DNA of 64,000 nt, taken from Syntrophales bacterium. Lineage in GTDB: Bacteria > Desulfobacterota > Syntrophia > Syntrophales > UBA4778. Positions 29,821-39,605 of the stretch are shown piece after piece. The stretch spans positions 637,151 through 701,150 of the forward strand of contig CAXXQE010000001.1 in NCBI GenBank assembly GCA_963665615.2, read 5' to 3'. How positions within the stretch are numbered: the first letter of the stretch is position 1; every line of letters begins with the position of its first letter. A model generated the notes under the pieces. That model was not told the origin of the DNA. It made no database searches and saw nothing but the letters and a program-made list of their open reading frames with translations. Position numbers and translations under genes: made by a program.

Positions 29821-31655
29821 GCCGTTTCCTCAGGAATGGCCCGATCGCCGCGTATCAAGGTAAATGAGAAGGTGCTTCCGAAGCCTTCGCGGCTCTCCAC
29901 CTGAACGGTGCCGCCATGCGCTTCGACGATTTCTTTGACGATCGCGAGGCCCAGACCGGCGCCGGATTCTTTGCCTTCCTCTGGCACGCGAAAGAATTGT
30001 TCGAATATTCGCGACAGATACTGTGCAGGAATGCCGCGTCCCGTATCCATAACGGAGAAACTGACCGTGTTGTCTTGCACTCTGGCCGCGAGGGTAACGC
30101 GGCCGCCGGGTCCCGTGTAGCGGAAGGCATTGGAGATCAGGTTGCCGAAAACATGCCTGATTCGGCTCGAGTCTGCCCAGACGGTCGGCAGGTCGTTCAG
30201 GGCATCTACCTCGAAATCGATGCCGCGATCGCGAGCCTCAATTCGGAAGGCCTCCAGGGACTCGGATATGATCGTTGAGGCGGGGATTGCACTGAAGTTC
30301 ATTTTGATGCGGCCTGACTCAATTCGGCTGATATCGAGCAGGTCCTCGAGGATATGGTTCAGGCGATCGCTGTCCTCGCGGGCTGCAATCAAGAGTTCCG
30401 CCTGTTTTTCCGTTAGGGGGCCGACCTTTTCTTCGAGCAACAGGTGAACCGCCATACGGATCGACGTCAAGGGCGTATTGAGTTGATGCGATACCGTGGA
30501 GATGATGCCTTTCTGAAGATCTTCTTCGCGATGGTGCGTCACGTCCTTCATAATCAGAATGATGCCGGTCAGTTGTTCCATGGCGTCCAGAATCGGTACG
30601 GCCTCGGGTTGAAAGAACAGTTCCTGGCCTTCTTCAAAGTGCTGGACGATTGTTTTCTGGTCCTTTGCGTGTTCAGCGCGGCTGCTGTTGAGGACGCGGT
30701 TCCAGAGTTCAACGGCCCATGGGAGGTTGAGATCATGTATGCTTGCATTACGCTGGAGGCCGAAAATCCTGCGGGCGGGTTCGGTTGTCAGATCGATATT
30801 GCCCTTCAAATCCACGACGGCGATGGCATCAGGGAGACTGTTAAAGGTTTCTTGGGCGGCATTCTGACTGCGGAAGAGTTCCGCGCGTCCGCTGCGGCGG
30901 AAGTCGCGCAGGCTGGCGGCCATTTCGTTAACGGCAACGGAGAGTCGGCCGATTTCGTCGTTCGATTTACTCGTCAGAATCAGATCCAGGTTGCCGTGTT
31001 TGATCTCTTCGACGGATTCCGTCAGATGACGGATCGGATGGAGGATCCACCGGCCGATGAAGAAGATATATGCAGCGGCTAGCGCCGTTGCCGCAAACAG
31101 GAGGAGATACATTCGGCGATGCGCTTTCTGAGCCTTCTGCCGCGCCCGTTCCTTTTGGTCCAGCATGTTCTGCTGATTTAATTTCACAATCGCATCGGCC
31201 GTTCCGATGATTTGTCGATAGAGGGGCAGGAGTTCCGTGAAGTAGCTTTCCCGGTCTCGCAGGATCGTTTTATTTTTCTCTTGGAATGCGGTGAGTTTGA
31301 TCAGGTAACGGGAATAGAGGGTTTTGATCAGCTCGGCCTTTTCACCCTCCCCAGAGACCGTAATGTTATGCAATTCGATCTCCAGGGCGTTGGCGAAGTC
31401 GGTTTGACTTCCGTTGAGTTGTTGCAGAGCGTCTCTGTGTCGATTCAAAAGGATGAACTGGGCGGCTTGATCCATGCGCTGGATCGCGTCTTTCATCTGC
31501 GCACACGCGATCACGGATTGGTAATTTTCCCTGAGCATGACATTGATAGAGCTGTCCAGTTCATCGACCTCGGTAATGCCGTATACGCCGATGACAAAGA
31601 CGATCAGGAGAAGCCCGCCGAACCCCAGGGACATTTTTTTTCGTAAGCTCAGCAT
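29817..31655 (-). CDS. Membrane sensor histidine kinase, KinB-like (periplasmic helical sensor, HAMP, PAS, HisKA, HATPase)
   Basis: Two TM helices, SNDEIGRL (HAMP), SHQLNTPLTSI (H-box), NLISNA, DTGRGI, GAGLGLAI. Confidence 0.9.
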   Translation of the reverse strand: MLSLRKKMSLGFGGLLLIVFVIGVYGITEVDELDSSINVMLRENYQSVIACAQMKDAIQRMDQAAQFILLNRHRDALQQLNGSQTDFANALEIELHNITVSGEGEKAELIKTLYSRYLIKLTAFQEKNKTILRDRESYFTELLPLYRQIIGTADAIVKLNQQNMLDQKERARQKAQKAHRRMYLLLFAATALAAAYIFFIGRWILHPIRHLTESVEEIKHGNLDLILTSKSNDEIGRLSVAVNEMAASLRDFRRSGRAELFRSQNAAQETFNSLPDAIAVVDLKGNIDLTTEPARRIFGLQRNASIHDLNLPWAVELWNRVLNSSRAEHAKDQKTIVQHFEEGQELFFQPEAVPILDAMEQLTGIILIMKDVTHHREEDLQKGIISTVSHQLNTPLTSIRMAVHLLLEEKVGPLTEKQAELLIAAREDSDRLNHILEDLLDISRIESGRIKMNFSAIPASTIISESLEAFRIEARDRGIDFEVDALNDLPTVWADSSRIRHVFGNLISNAFRYTGPGGRVTLAARVQDNTVSFSVMDTGRGIPAQYLSRIFEQFFRVPEEGKESGAGLGLAIVKEIVEAHGGTVQVESREGFGSTFSFTLIRGDRAIPEETA

Positions 31656-31667
31656 AGCTTCTCCAGA

Positions 31668-31782
31668 AGCAAAGGGCATGCCGCAATCGTAATATGAAAT
31701 ATCAGCAAGTTACAGATTATAGGGAAGACGAGGCCTTGCAATTTTCAAGATACCATAAAAATAGAAATTGCAAAAAGCAAGA
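31668..31782 (-). promoter_or_regulatory. Putative sigma-54 promoter, IHF site and tandem enhancer sites for the kinase-kdp operon
   Basis: Minus strand CGGCATGCCCTTTGCT (31683-31668, GG-N10-GC); IHF-like TATCAGCAAGTTA (31700-31712); TTGCAATTTTCAAGA (31736-31750) and TTGCAAAAAGCAAGA (31768-31782), 32 bp apart. Confidence 0.55.
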
Positions 31783-31928
31783 CGGCCGTGCCTTTGGCGT
31801 GGGGTTCAGTGTGGCAGATGACTCAGTTTACAGTTCACAGTTGCCGGTAAAAACCCGAGTTGTCGTCTTTTGCTCTCTAGACTCCGAACACTGAACACTG
31901 AACTTCGACGCCTCGTATGAAGCGTCGG

Positions 31929-33287
31929 TCAGATTTGATATTTTTTCCGTCTCCGCCACAGCGTCGCCTGATCGATGCCGAGAATATCAGCCGCCTCCTG
32001 CAGCGATTTAGTATGGGCAAGAACATGCCTGATGTGAGCTTCCTCGACCTGGTCTAGGGACATCCAATTGTCCGGCGGTTCCCCTGTTTTTTCGAAGGCG
32101 ATCTTCTCGGGTAGATACGCCGGGCCGATCTCGTCGGTCTGGCACAGGATGGAGGCGCGTTCAACGACATTGCGCAACTCCCGGATGTTGCCCGGCCAGG
32201 GATAGTGCTGAAGCAGATCCAACGCGTCGGCGGTGAAATGCTGAGGCGCGCGGTGGGTTGTCTTGCTGAAAAAATTCAACAGTCGTTGCGCCAGCGGGCC
32301 GATGTCTTCGATGCGCTCTCGCAACGGGGGGATTTTGATCTGGATGACGTTGAGGCGATAATACAGGTCTTCTCGGAATCGCCCGGAGGCTACGGCCTTT
32401 TCGAGATCGATGTTGGTCGCCGCCAGCAGCCGGACATCGGCCTTACGGGTGATATGATCCCCGACGCGCTCATACTCTTTGTCTTGAAGGAATCGCAGAA
32501 GTTTTGGTTGAATGGCCGTGGGGAGGTCGCCGATTTCATCCAGAAGCAATGTTCCTCCTTCGCAGGCGGCAATCCGTCCTGGACTGTCGTGAACGGCGCC
32601 GGTGAACGCACCCTTGACATGACCGAAGAGTTCGCTTTCCAGAAGCTCCGCCGACAGCGCAGGACAGGAGACGATAGCGAAGGGCCTTCCTGCGCGTCCG
32701 CTCCAGCCGTGGATCATTTTAGCCAGGACGCTCTTGCCGGTGCCGTTTTCTCCCAGGATGAGTACAAAGGCATTGGACGGGGCCACCTGTCTGGCGACCG
32801 ACAATTCACGGCGAACAGCGGGATTGGTCGAGCTCAGGTCGATCTCCGGATTGAGCCTGGCGAGGTCTGCCTGTAGCGTATCTATGCGCTGTTCCAGCGC
32901 ATAGACCTCTGCAAATTTGGTGACAGCCAGCTTGATTTGCTCCGGTGTAAACGGTTTCGGGATATAGTCCTTCGCCCCCCGGCGGATCGCCTCGACGGCT
33001 GTGTCGATCGATGCGTAGGCTGTGATCACGATGATCTTCAACCAGGGCGCCGCGGCAAGTAGAATGGGGATCAGATCGAGGCCGCTTGCCGTTCCGAGGC
33101 GGACATCGACAAAGGCCAGATTGAAGGAGCGAGAGGACATCTGCGCAACGGCATCCTGAAAATTGCTGACGGCGACAACCCGGTGCCCTTCCGTTTCCAG
33201 ACAGAGGGAGAGCGTTTTGCGAATATTGATCTCATCGTCCACGATAAGAATGTTTAACGGCGTGGCTGGAGGATCAAACATGGTCAA
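31929..33287 (-). CDS. Sigma-54-dependent response regulator, AlgB-like (REC, AAA+, HTH)
   Basis: ILIVDDE, APWLKIIVITAYAS.DTAV, GENGTGKS, ESELFGHVKGAFTGA, WPGNIREL, AA.ILGID.ATLWRRRK.Y. Confidence 0.92.
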   Translation of the reverse strand: MTMFDPPATPLNILIVDDEINIRKTLSLCLETEGHRVVAVSNFQDAVAQMSSRSFNLAFVDVRLGTASGLDLIPILLAAAPWLKIIVITAYASIDTAVEAIRRGAKDYIPKPFTPEQIKLAVTKFAEVYALEQRIDTLQADLARLNPEIDLSSTNPAVRRELSVARQVAPSNAFVLILGENGTGKSVLAKMIHGWSGRAGRPFAIVSCPALSAELLESELFGHVKGAFTGAVHDSPGRIAACEGGTLLLDEIGDLPTAIQPKLLRFLQDKEYERVGDHITRKADVRLLAATNIDLEKAVASGRFREDLYYRLNVIQIKIPPLRERIEDIGPLAQRLLNFFSKTTHRAPQHFTADALDLLQHYPWPGNIRELRNVVERASILCQTDEIGPAYLPEKIAFEKTGEPPDNWMSLDQVEEAHIRHVLAHTKSLQEAADILGIDQATLWRRRKKYQI

Positions 33288-35330
33288 TCCTTTTCCTTGG
33301 GCTTCAGAATAATGGCCGTCCGCGTGGGAAGATATGTGCGGATCACATCAGAGCCCCCCATGCGCATGGTGAAGTAAGTCTGATTCGGTTCGAGGCGATT
33401 GTGGCCGCTGTAAATCGAATCGTCGCTGTCAAGAATCATGCGATACGATCCCGGTTTCATCGGGATGGGGTAATCCGTATGGGATTGCGTCGGATGGAAA
33501 TTGAAGGCAAAAATGAGTTCCGCTCGGCTAAAGGCCAGAACCTTGGCGGTTTCGTCAATATGAATCAGATGGAGGGGTGCGTCGTCCATCGAGTGAAAGT
33601 CTTTGGCCACGGTTAGGCAATCCCGGTCGAATTGTGCGAGATGCCGGTAACGCAGTGTCTTGTCATCGACGAGGCTCCACTGCCGTCGCGCGTAATGGAA
33701 GGACCAGCCATTGCCCTCGCGCGGGAAATCGATCCATTCGGGATGTCCGAACTCGTTGCCCATGAAATTAAGATAGCCGGTATTTGCCGTCGCCAGCGTG
33801 ATGAGTTTGATCATCTTGATAAGCGCAATGCCGCGATCGACTTTCAGCGTTGAATCTCCTGCGCTCATGTGCTCATACATATCCGCGCCGATCATCCTGA
33901 AAATCAGGGTTTGATCGCCGACCAGTGCCTGATCGTGAGATTCGGCGTAGCTGATCGTTTGCTCATCCTTCCTGCGATTGGTGAGTTCGAACCAGAGATC
34001 TCCCAGAGACCATTTTTCGTCCGGCAGTTCTTTGATGAGTTTGATCCAGTAATCCGGTATGCCCATGGCAAAGCTAAGGTCGAAACCGCTGCCCCCCTTG
34101 CAGATGGGGACGGCTAGACACGGCATGCCACTGACGTCTTCGGCGATTGTGGTCGCGTCGGGCCTGATGTCGTGAACGAGCTCGTTGGCAAGCGTCAGAT
34201 AGGTAATCGCGTCTTCGTCAACATCGTCTTCAAAGTACTGCGCGTAGTTATTGAATTTCGTCTCCAGGCCGTGATGGCGGTAGAGCATGCTGGTGATGCC
34301 GTCGAAGCGGAATCCGTCAAAATGATACTCCTCCAGCCAGAAACGGCAGTTGGAAAGCAGGAAGTGCAACACCTGCGGTTTGCCGTAGTCGAAGCAGCGG
34401 GAATGCCATGTGGGATGAAGGCCACGATCGCCCACGTGAAAATACTGATACGTGGTGCCGTCGAACCGGCTGAGCCCCTCGACCTCGTTGAGCGCAGCGT
34501 GGGAATGGATCAGGTCCATGAAAACCCGAATCCCTGCGCCGTGGGCCATATCAATCAGGGCCTTGAGATCTTCCGGCAGGCCGAAGCGTGAGGAAGCGGC
34601 AAAAAAACTCGATACCTGATAGCCGAAAGAGCCGTAATAGGGATGCTCCTGGATGGCCATGAGCTGAATGGCGTTGTAACCGGCACGGACGATGCGTGGC
34701 AGCACTTTATCGGTGAATTCACGGTAGGTGCCAATCCGTTCTGTCTCCTGGGCCATGCCGACATGGGCTTCATAGATGAAAAGGGGAAAGGGGGAGGCCG
34801 ACGGCGGGGCGCTCTCCCAACGGTAGGCTTGAGAGGGCCGCCAGACCTGAGCGTTAAAGATCTTTGTGGCATCGTCTTGAATCACCCGTAGGGCATAGGC
34901 GGGGATGCGATCTCCGAATCCGCCACGCCAGTGGATGCGTAGCCGATAGAGGTCGCCGTGACAAAAACTGTCCGGCGGGAAGACGCCCTCCCAGATGCCG
35001 TTGTTGTCGATCTTTTGCAGGGCAAAGGCCTTCTGCTCGCGCCAGTCCGTTTTTGTTCCGATGACGTAAACAGCGGTGGCGTTCGGCGCCCATTCACGGT
35101 AGATCCATTCATGATCGCGCCAATGCAGGCCGAAATAGAGGTGCCCGGAGGCGAAGGCGCGAAGCGAGGCGAGGTCGCTGTCGGCAGTGAGGCGTTTTTT
35201 CCGTTTCTTTTGCGCTTTTAAGGCGGCGTCGGAAAACATCCGCGTATGGCTTCAGCAGTGGATCGCTTGCCAGGAGGCATTGCACTCGGGTTTCGATCTC
35301 ATCGGATACATCAACCGTTTTCTTTCGCAC
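33284..35330 (-). CDS. glgB: 1,4-alpha-glucan branching enzyme (GH13_8, eukaryote/Bacteroidetes-like type); N-terminal frameshift in an A6 run at 35195-35200
   Basis: REWAPNA, IYEAHVGM, QEHPYYGSFGY, FDGFRFDGITS, AEDVSG, YAESHDQALVGD, NFMGNEFGHPEWIDFPR. The N-terminus DPLLKPYADVFRRR joins after removing one A. Confidence 0.92.
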
Positions 35331-35369
35331 CGGAGGCTCTCCCCGACGGGTATGGGCAATTGCGCAACC

Positions 35370-36809
35370 CTACTTCGTTAACGGCACGCTGGTAAGCAGA
35401 TACTTCAGGTCGTCGTCGCTAAACTTGATGGAAAAGCCTACCAGGGGCGACGAGTTCCCCTCCTTGCTCAGGAAGTCGTCCCACCCGGCGGAAACAAAGA
35501 TGTGTTTCATGAGACTATACTCCCCGTATGCTTTAAGGTGTGGTCTGCGTCCGGACGAACCGAAGTCGAAAGCTTCGACGGTCAACTGGAGGCGATCTTT
35601 TAGGGTGTAATAGTCCACACCGAAGCCCCCTGTATTTTCGAGGATGCCGCCGCGGATCACGACATCGCGGAAGCGTTTTCCGATTTGGGCGCTCAGAAGC
35701 AGTTTGTCTTTGTTGTATTCCACGTTAGTGGTGCTGACGCCATTGACGGTCGTTACCGTTTCCTGGCGGCGGCCGCGGGGATCGCTCACCAGACCGAGCA
35801 TGTAGAACTTATCCTGATTCGGTTGGATCTTCATCTCCAGGTAGCTCTTGCCATTGCCCGTATCGAAGAGGTACTCGCCGCGGTAACTCAGAAGGAAACT
35901 GTACTGATCGGCTTTTGTGATATAGCGATTGATGCCGGTCAGGCCCTGATTGAGGTTTTCCACGGTCTCGTCATCATTGACGAGCTTGCCGATGGTGCCC
36001 TTGCCGTCATTGATTTTTTTGGAGATCTCCTCGAGTGAGACGAGGGTCTTATTGAGGTTGTCCGCAATCGTGCGATCCTTGATGAGCGTGCCGACCGTGC
36101 CCCGGCCTTTGTTGATGTCGTCGGCCACTTCGCTCATGGAAGCCATCGTTCGCTTCAGGTCTTCCGCGGCGCCTCGGAGGTTACCCACCAGGCTGGCTAC
36201 ATTGTCGTCGTTGCGGACGACCATCTTGTTGAGGCTGTCGCTCAGGTCGCGGAAATTGACGAGGATCCGGCGAATGTTCTCTTCGCCCTCCGCGCTGCCC
36301 AGCGTTCGGCTCAAAGAGGAGGTGATGGTCTTGATGTCGTCGATGGCCAGGCTCGCCTGATTCATGAGGCGGTCCATATCGGCGGGTCGGTCGGTATGTC
36401 GGATCTGATCGCCATCCTTCAGATAGGGCTGCGGCCCCATCTTGGCGAGAACCTCGCCGGAAGTAACGCCGCTGGAAATTTCGATATACTTAACGCCGAG
36501 AAGGCCCTGCGTGCGGATGGCAGCCGTTACGTCGGCAGGGAGTTTGATATCAGGGAAGATGCGCATCGTGACGAGAGCCTTGCCATCCTTCAGGCGAATG
36601 CCCTCGACTTTGCCGATCTCCACCCCGGCCATCTGAACAGAGGCGCCCTTCTTTTCCAGACCGGCGACATTGTCGAAGACGGCGCTGATCAGATAGCCTT
36701 TCTCCGTGCCGAATCCCTGTTGGCTGACCTTCAAGGACATGAAAGCCACTACAATCAGCGCGATCAGGACGAACAACCCTACCTTTGCTTCTGTGCTGAT
36801 GGATCGCAT
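35370..36809 (-). CDS. MCE/MlaD family protein
   Basis: EAKVGLFV, FDNVAGL..GASV.MAGVEIGKV, GLLGVKYIEI; long helical region with G.GT.G.L..D repeats; C-terminal beta-rich domain. Confidence 0.9.
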   Translation of the reverse strand: MRSISTEAKVGLFVLIALIVVAFMSLKVSQQGFGTEKGYLISAVFDNVAGLEKKGASVQMAGVEIGKVEGIRLKDGKALVTMRIFPDIKLPADVTAAIRTQGLLGVKYIEISSGVTSGEVLAKMGPQPYLKDGDQIRHTDRPADMDRLMNQASLAIDDIKTITSSLSRTLGSAEGEENIRRILVNFRDLSDSLNKMVVRNDDNVASLVGNLRGAAEDLKRTMASMSEVADDINKGRGTVGTLIKDRTIADNLNKTLVSLEEISKKINDGKGTIGKLVNDDETVENLNQGLTGINRYITKADQYSFLLSYRGEYLFDTGNGKSYLEMKIQPNQDKFYMLGLVSDPRGRRQETVTTVNGVSTTNVEYNKDKLLLSAQIGKRFRDVVIRGGILENTGGFGVDYYTLKDRLQLTVEAFDFGSSGRRPHLKAYGEYSLMKHIFVSAGWDDFLSKEGNSSPLVGFSIKFSDDDLKYLLTSVPLTK

Positions 36810-36848
36810 TTTCTCCTCCGAAACAAGTAAACAAACCGGTGCACCCGG

Positions 36849-37595
36849 CTACATGATCTGAATGGGTCCTTCCGTACTGCCGGAGAGGAATTGGACGAGA
36901 ACGGGATTGTCCGATTTCCTGATATCTTCCGGCGTGCCGTATTCGACAATTTTGCCTTCGAAGAGCAGCGCAATCTTATGGGCAATCTTGAAAATGGAGT
37001 TCAGGTCGTGGCTAATGACCACGCTGGCCAGTTTAAAGTGCTGCTGCGTTTCGATGATCAACTGGTTGATCGCCTCCGAGAGAACCGGATCCAGCCCCGT
37101 GGTCGGCTCGTCGTAGAGCATGATCTCAGGACGCAGGGCGATCGCCCGCGCCAGTGCGACGCGTTTTCTCATCCCACCGCTCAACTCGGACGGCATTTTA
37201 CGTTCGATGCCGGACAGGCCGACGTCCCGGAGGCGTTCCGCCACGACCTGACGGATCTCGCTTTCCTTGATCTTCGTATGTTCCCGAAGCGGGAAGGCAA
37301 CATTGTCTCCGACCGTCATCGAGTCGAAGAGGGCGCCCTCCTGGAAAAGCATGCCGAATTTTCGTCGCGCTTCATTGAGCTGCCGGTCGTTGAGCCGGGC
37401 GATATCGACGCCGTTGACAAGGATCTGGCCGCTGTCGGGTTTCAGCAGTCCAATAATGTGCTTCAGCAGTACACTCTTGCCGCCGCCGCTACGTCCGATG
37501 ATGACGGTAGTTTCGTCGTCTCCGATCGTCAGGTTGAGACCGTCGAGGACTTTCTGTTTGCCGAACGATTTATGCAGGTCGATAATTTCGATCAC
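36849..37595 (-). CDS. mlaF: ABC transporter ATP-binding protein, MlaF-type
   Basis: GRSGGGKS, FQEGALFDS, LSGGMRKRVALARA, YDEPTTGLDP; GTG start at 37595. Confidence 0.9.
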   Translation of the reverse strand: MIEIIDLHKSFGKQKVLDGLNLTIGDDETTVIIGRSGGGKSVLLKHIIGLLKPDSGQILVNGVDIARLNDRQLNEARRKFGMLFQEGALFDSMTVGDNVAFPLREHTKIKESEIRQVVAERLRDVGLSGIERKMPSELSGGMRKRVALARAIALRPEIMLYDEPTTGLDPVLSEAINQLIIETQQHFKLASVVISHDLNSIFKIAHKIALLFEGKIVEYGTPEDIRKSDNPVLVQFLSGSTEGPIQIM

Positions 37596-37603
37596 GGTTC
37601 GTC

Positions 37604-38383
37604 CTAAAACATGAGCGCTGTCAAGATATAATCCGCCACCAAAATCGATACGGATGCCAGGACCACTGCCTCGGTGGTTGCCCGGCCGACGCCTTCCGCG
37701 CCGCCTTTGGTATTCATGCCCTTGAAGCATCCGATCAGACTGAGGAGGAGGCCGAAGACGGCCGCCTTCGCCAGACCGTTGTAAATGTCGCTCAACTCCA
37801 TCAGGCGGGTGATGTTGTTCACGAAAACCGCCTCGTTGATGCCCAGAAGCTTGACCCCGACAAAGTAGCCGCCGATGATGCCGATATAATCGTCGATGGC
37901 GGTCAGCAGGGGAACCATCAGGGTGGCGGCGATCATCCTCGGAACCACCAAGTGCTGCATAGGGTTGGCCGCCATGACATAGAGGGCGTCGATCTGTTCG
38001 GTCACCTTCATGGAGCCGATCTCCGCTGCCATGGCTGATCCGGCGCGGGCTGTGACCATGAGTGAGGTCAGGACAGGGCCGAGCTCGCGGGTCATGCTCA
38101 AGGCGACCGTACTGCCGACGAGGCTTTCGGCGCCGAAAAGCCTGAAGCCGTGATAGGACTGAAGGGCGAAAACCATCCCGGTGAAGAGACCCGTAAGCAA
38201 CACGATATAGATCGATTTAACCCCGACAAACTCCATCTGCTTGATGGTGTTCTGAAACTTGAACGGAGGCCGGACGCTCCAGACGACGGCGGACAAGAAG
38301 AAAAGCAAGAGGCGGCCGGCTTCTTCCATACTGGAGAGAATTGTTTTTCCCAGACGATCAATCAGATCAAGGAAGGCTCTCAT
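37604..38383 (-). CDS. mlaE: ABC transporter permease, MlaE-type
   Basis: RELGPVLT...GSAMAAEIGSMKVTEQIDAL, LVVPR, GGAEGVGRATT.AVV. Confidence 0.92.
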   Translation of the reverse strand: MRAFLDLIDRLGKTILSSMEEAGRLLLFFLSAVVWSVRPPFKFQNTIKQMEFVGVKSIYIVLLTGLFTGMVFALQSYHGFRLFGAESLVGSTVALSMTRELGPVLTSLMVTARAGSAMAAEIGSMKVTEQIDALYVMAANPMQHLVVPRMIAATLMVPLLTAIDDYIGIIGGYFVGVKLLGINEAVFVNNITRLMELSDIYNGLAKAAVFGLLLSLIGCFKGMNTKGGAEGVGRATTEAVVLASVSILVADYILTALMF

Positions 38384-39453
38384 AGCGGTCCTTTTTTCAT
38401 TGAGTGCGCTTCAAGCGAAAGTTGAAGAATGCGATCGATAAACTCGGTCTGGTTGATACCCGACGCAGCGGCCTGATGGAAGAGGACTGTCGAGGGGGTC
38501 ATGCCCGGTAGGGTGTTGGGTTCCAAAACCGCGACGCTGCCGTTGGGTCGTACGAACATGTCGATACGGGCATAGACGCTGAGTCCCAGGGTCGTGAAGG
38601 TCTTGACCGCTGTTTCCTGGATTCTCTTGAGGATCTCCTCGGGAAGGCGGGCCGGCGTCTTGTTCTCCCCCTGACCGTAGAGGAATTTGTCTTCCAGCGA
38701 CAGAATCTCAGATGTGGGAATCGTTTCCGAAGGCGTCAGGGCGATGGGATCCGCGTTTCCGAGTACGCCACACGTAACCTCGACACCGTCGATGAATTCT
38801 TCCACCAGCGCCTGATTGTCCCACTTAAACGCGTCTTCCAGCGCTGTGGACAGATCGGCCCTCATGGTTACCTTGGTAACCGCCGTGCTGCATCCCTCGC
38901 GGTTTGGCTTGACGATACAGGGCAGTCCGATGGTCTGCTCCAGTTTCTCGAGGATCGACGCTTGCGCGCTGGTCCGCCACTCGTTGCGCGCGACCGGGAT
39001 CGTTTTGGGTACATCGATGCCGTTGGCCATTAGCAAACGCCGCGCGGTGTATTTATTGGACCCGATCGCCGAGCCGAGAACGCCAGAACCAGTGTAAGGA
39101 ATGCGCAAGAGTTCCAGTAGTCCCTGGAGACAGCCGTCCTCGCCGTACTTGCCGTGGAGGCCGAGGCACATCAAATCCACCCGGTCTTTAAGCGTTTCAT
39201 AGGGGATGCTGGTGCCCTCCTCTTCGAGATCGATTTCCACATCACTGGTGCTATTGCGCATCAACAGCTTGAGTGGAATCTCCCAGAGGGCGCGCTTGCT
39301 GTCCATGAAGATGGCCAGGGCATCGTATTTTTTTCGATCGAGTTTGCTAAAGATATTGCGGCCGCTTTCCAGCGAGACCTCTTTTTCTGAGGATACGCCG
39401 CCGAAGATCACGCCCACTTTTATTTTACGGTCTGTTGATTGATTCTGAAGCAT
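38380..39453 (-). CDS. ddl: D-alanine--D-alanine ligase family protein (copy B)
   Basis: FGGVSSEKEVS, LHGKYGEDG.LQG, PYTGS, VKPNREGCS, EEFIDG.E, RIDMF, EPNTLPGMT. Confidence 0.9.
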   Translation of the reverse strand: MLQNQSTDRKIKVGVIFGGVSSEKEVSLESGRNIFSKLDRKKYDALAIFMDSKRALWEIPLKLLMRNSTSDVEIDLEEEGTSIPYETLKDRVDLMCLGLHGKYGEDGCLQGLLELLRIPYTGSGVLGSAIGSNKYTARRLLMANGIDVPKTIPVARNEWRTSAQASILEKLEQTIGLPCIVKPNREGCSTAVTKVTMRADLSTALEDAFKWDNQALVEEFIDGVEVTCGVLGNADPIALTPSETIPTSEILSLEDKFLYGQGENKTPARLPEEILKRIQETAVKTFTTLGLSVYARIDMFVRPNGSVAVLEPNTLPGMTPSTVLFHQAAASGINQTEFIDRILQLSLEAHSMKKGPL

Positions 39454-39511
39454 ATCTTTAAGGTGCCGTTCCTTTGCCGTTAACCGAAAACCGTCAACCG
39501 TTCGACAAGGG

Positions 39512-39540
39512 GTTATAGTGTTATTTTAACCGTTTGTAAA
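39512..39540 (-). promoter_or_regulatory. Putative sigma-70 promoter between the two ddl genes
   Basis: Minus strand TTTACA-N17-TATAAC. Confidence 0.5.
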
Positions 39541-39605
39541 GGACTTTCATGCTGCCGGCATTGAAATATATCAAGCCATATCAAATGGTTCCGTTCAATA
39601 GCCTG

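Noticed and set aside
31776..31793. Minus-strand GGCACG...TTGC as a second sigma-54 promoter
   Set aside because: GG-to-GC spacing is 12 nt rather than the required 10.
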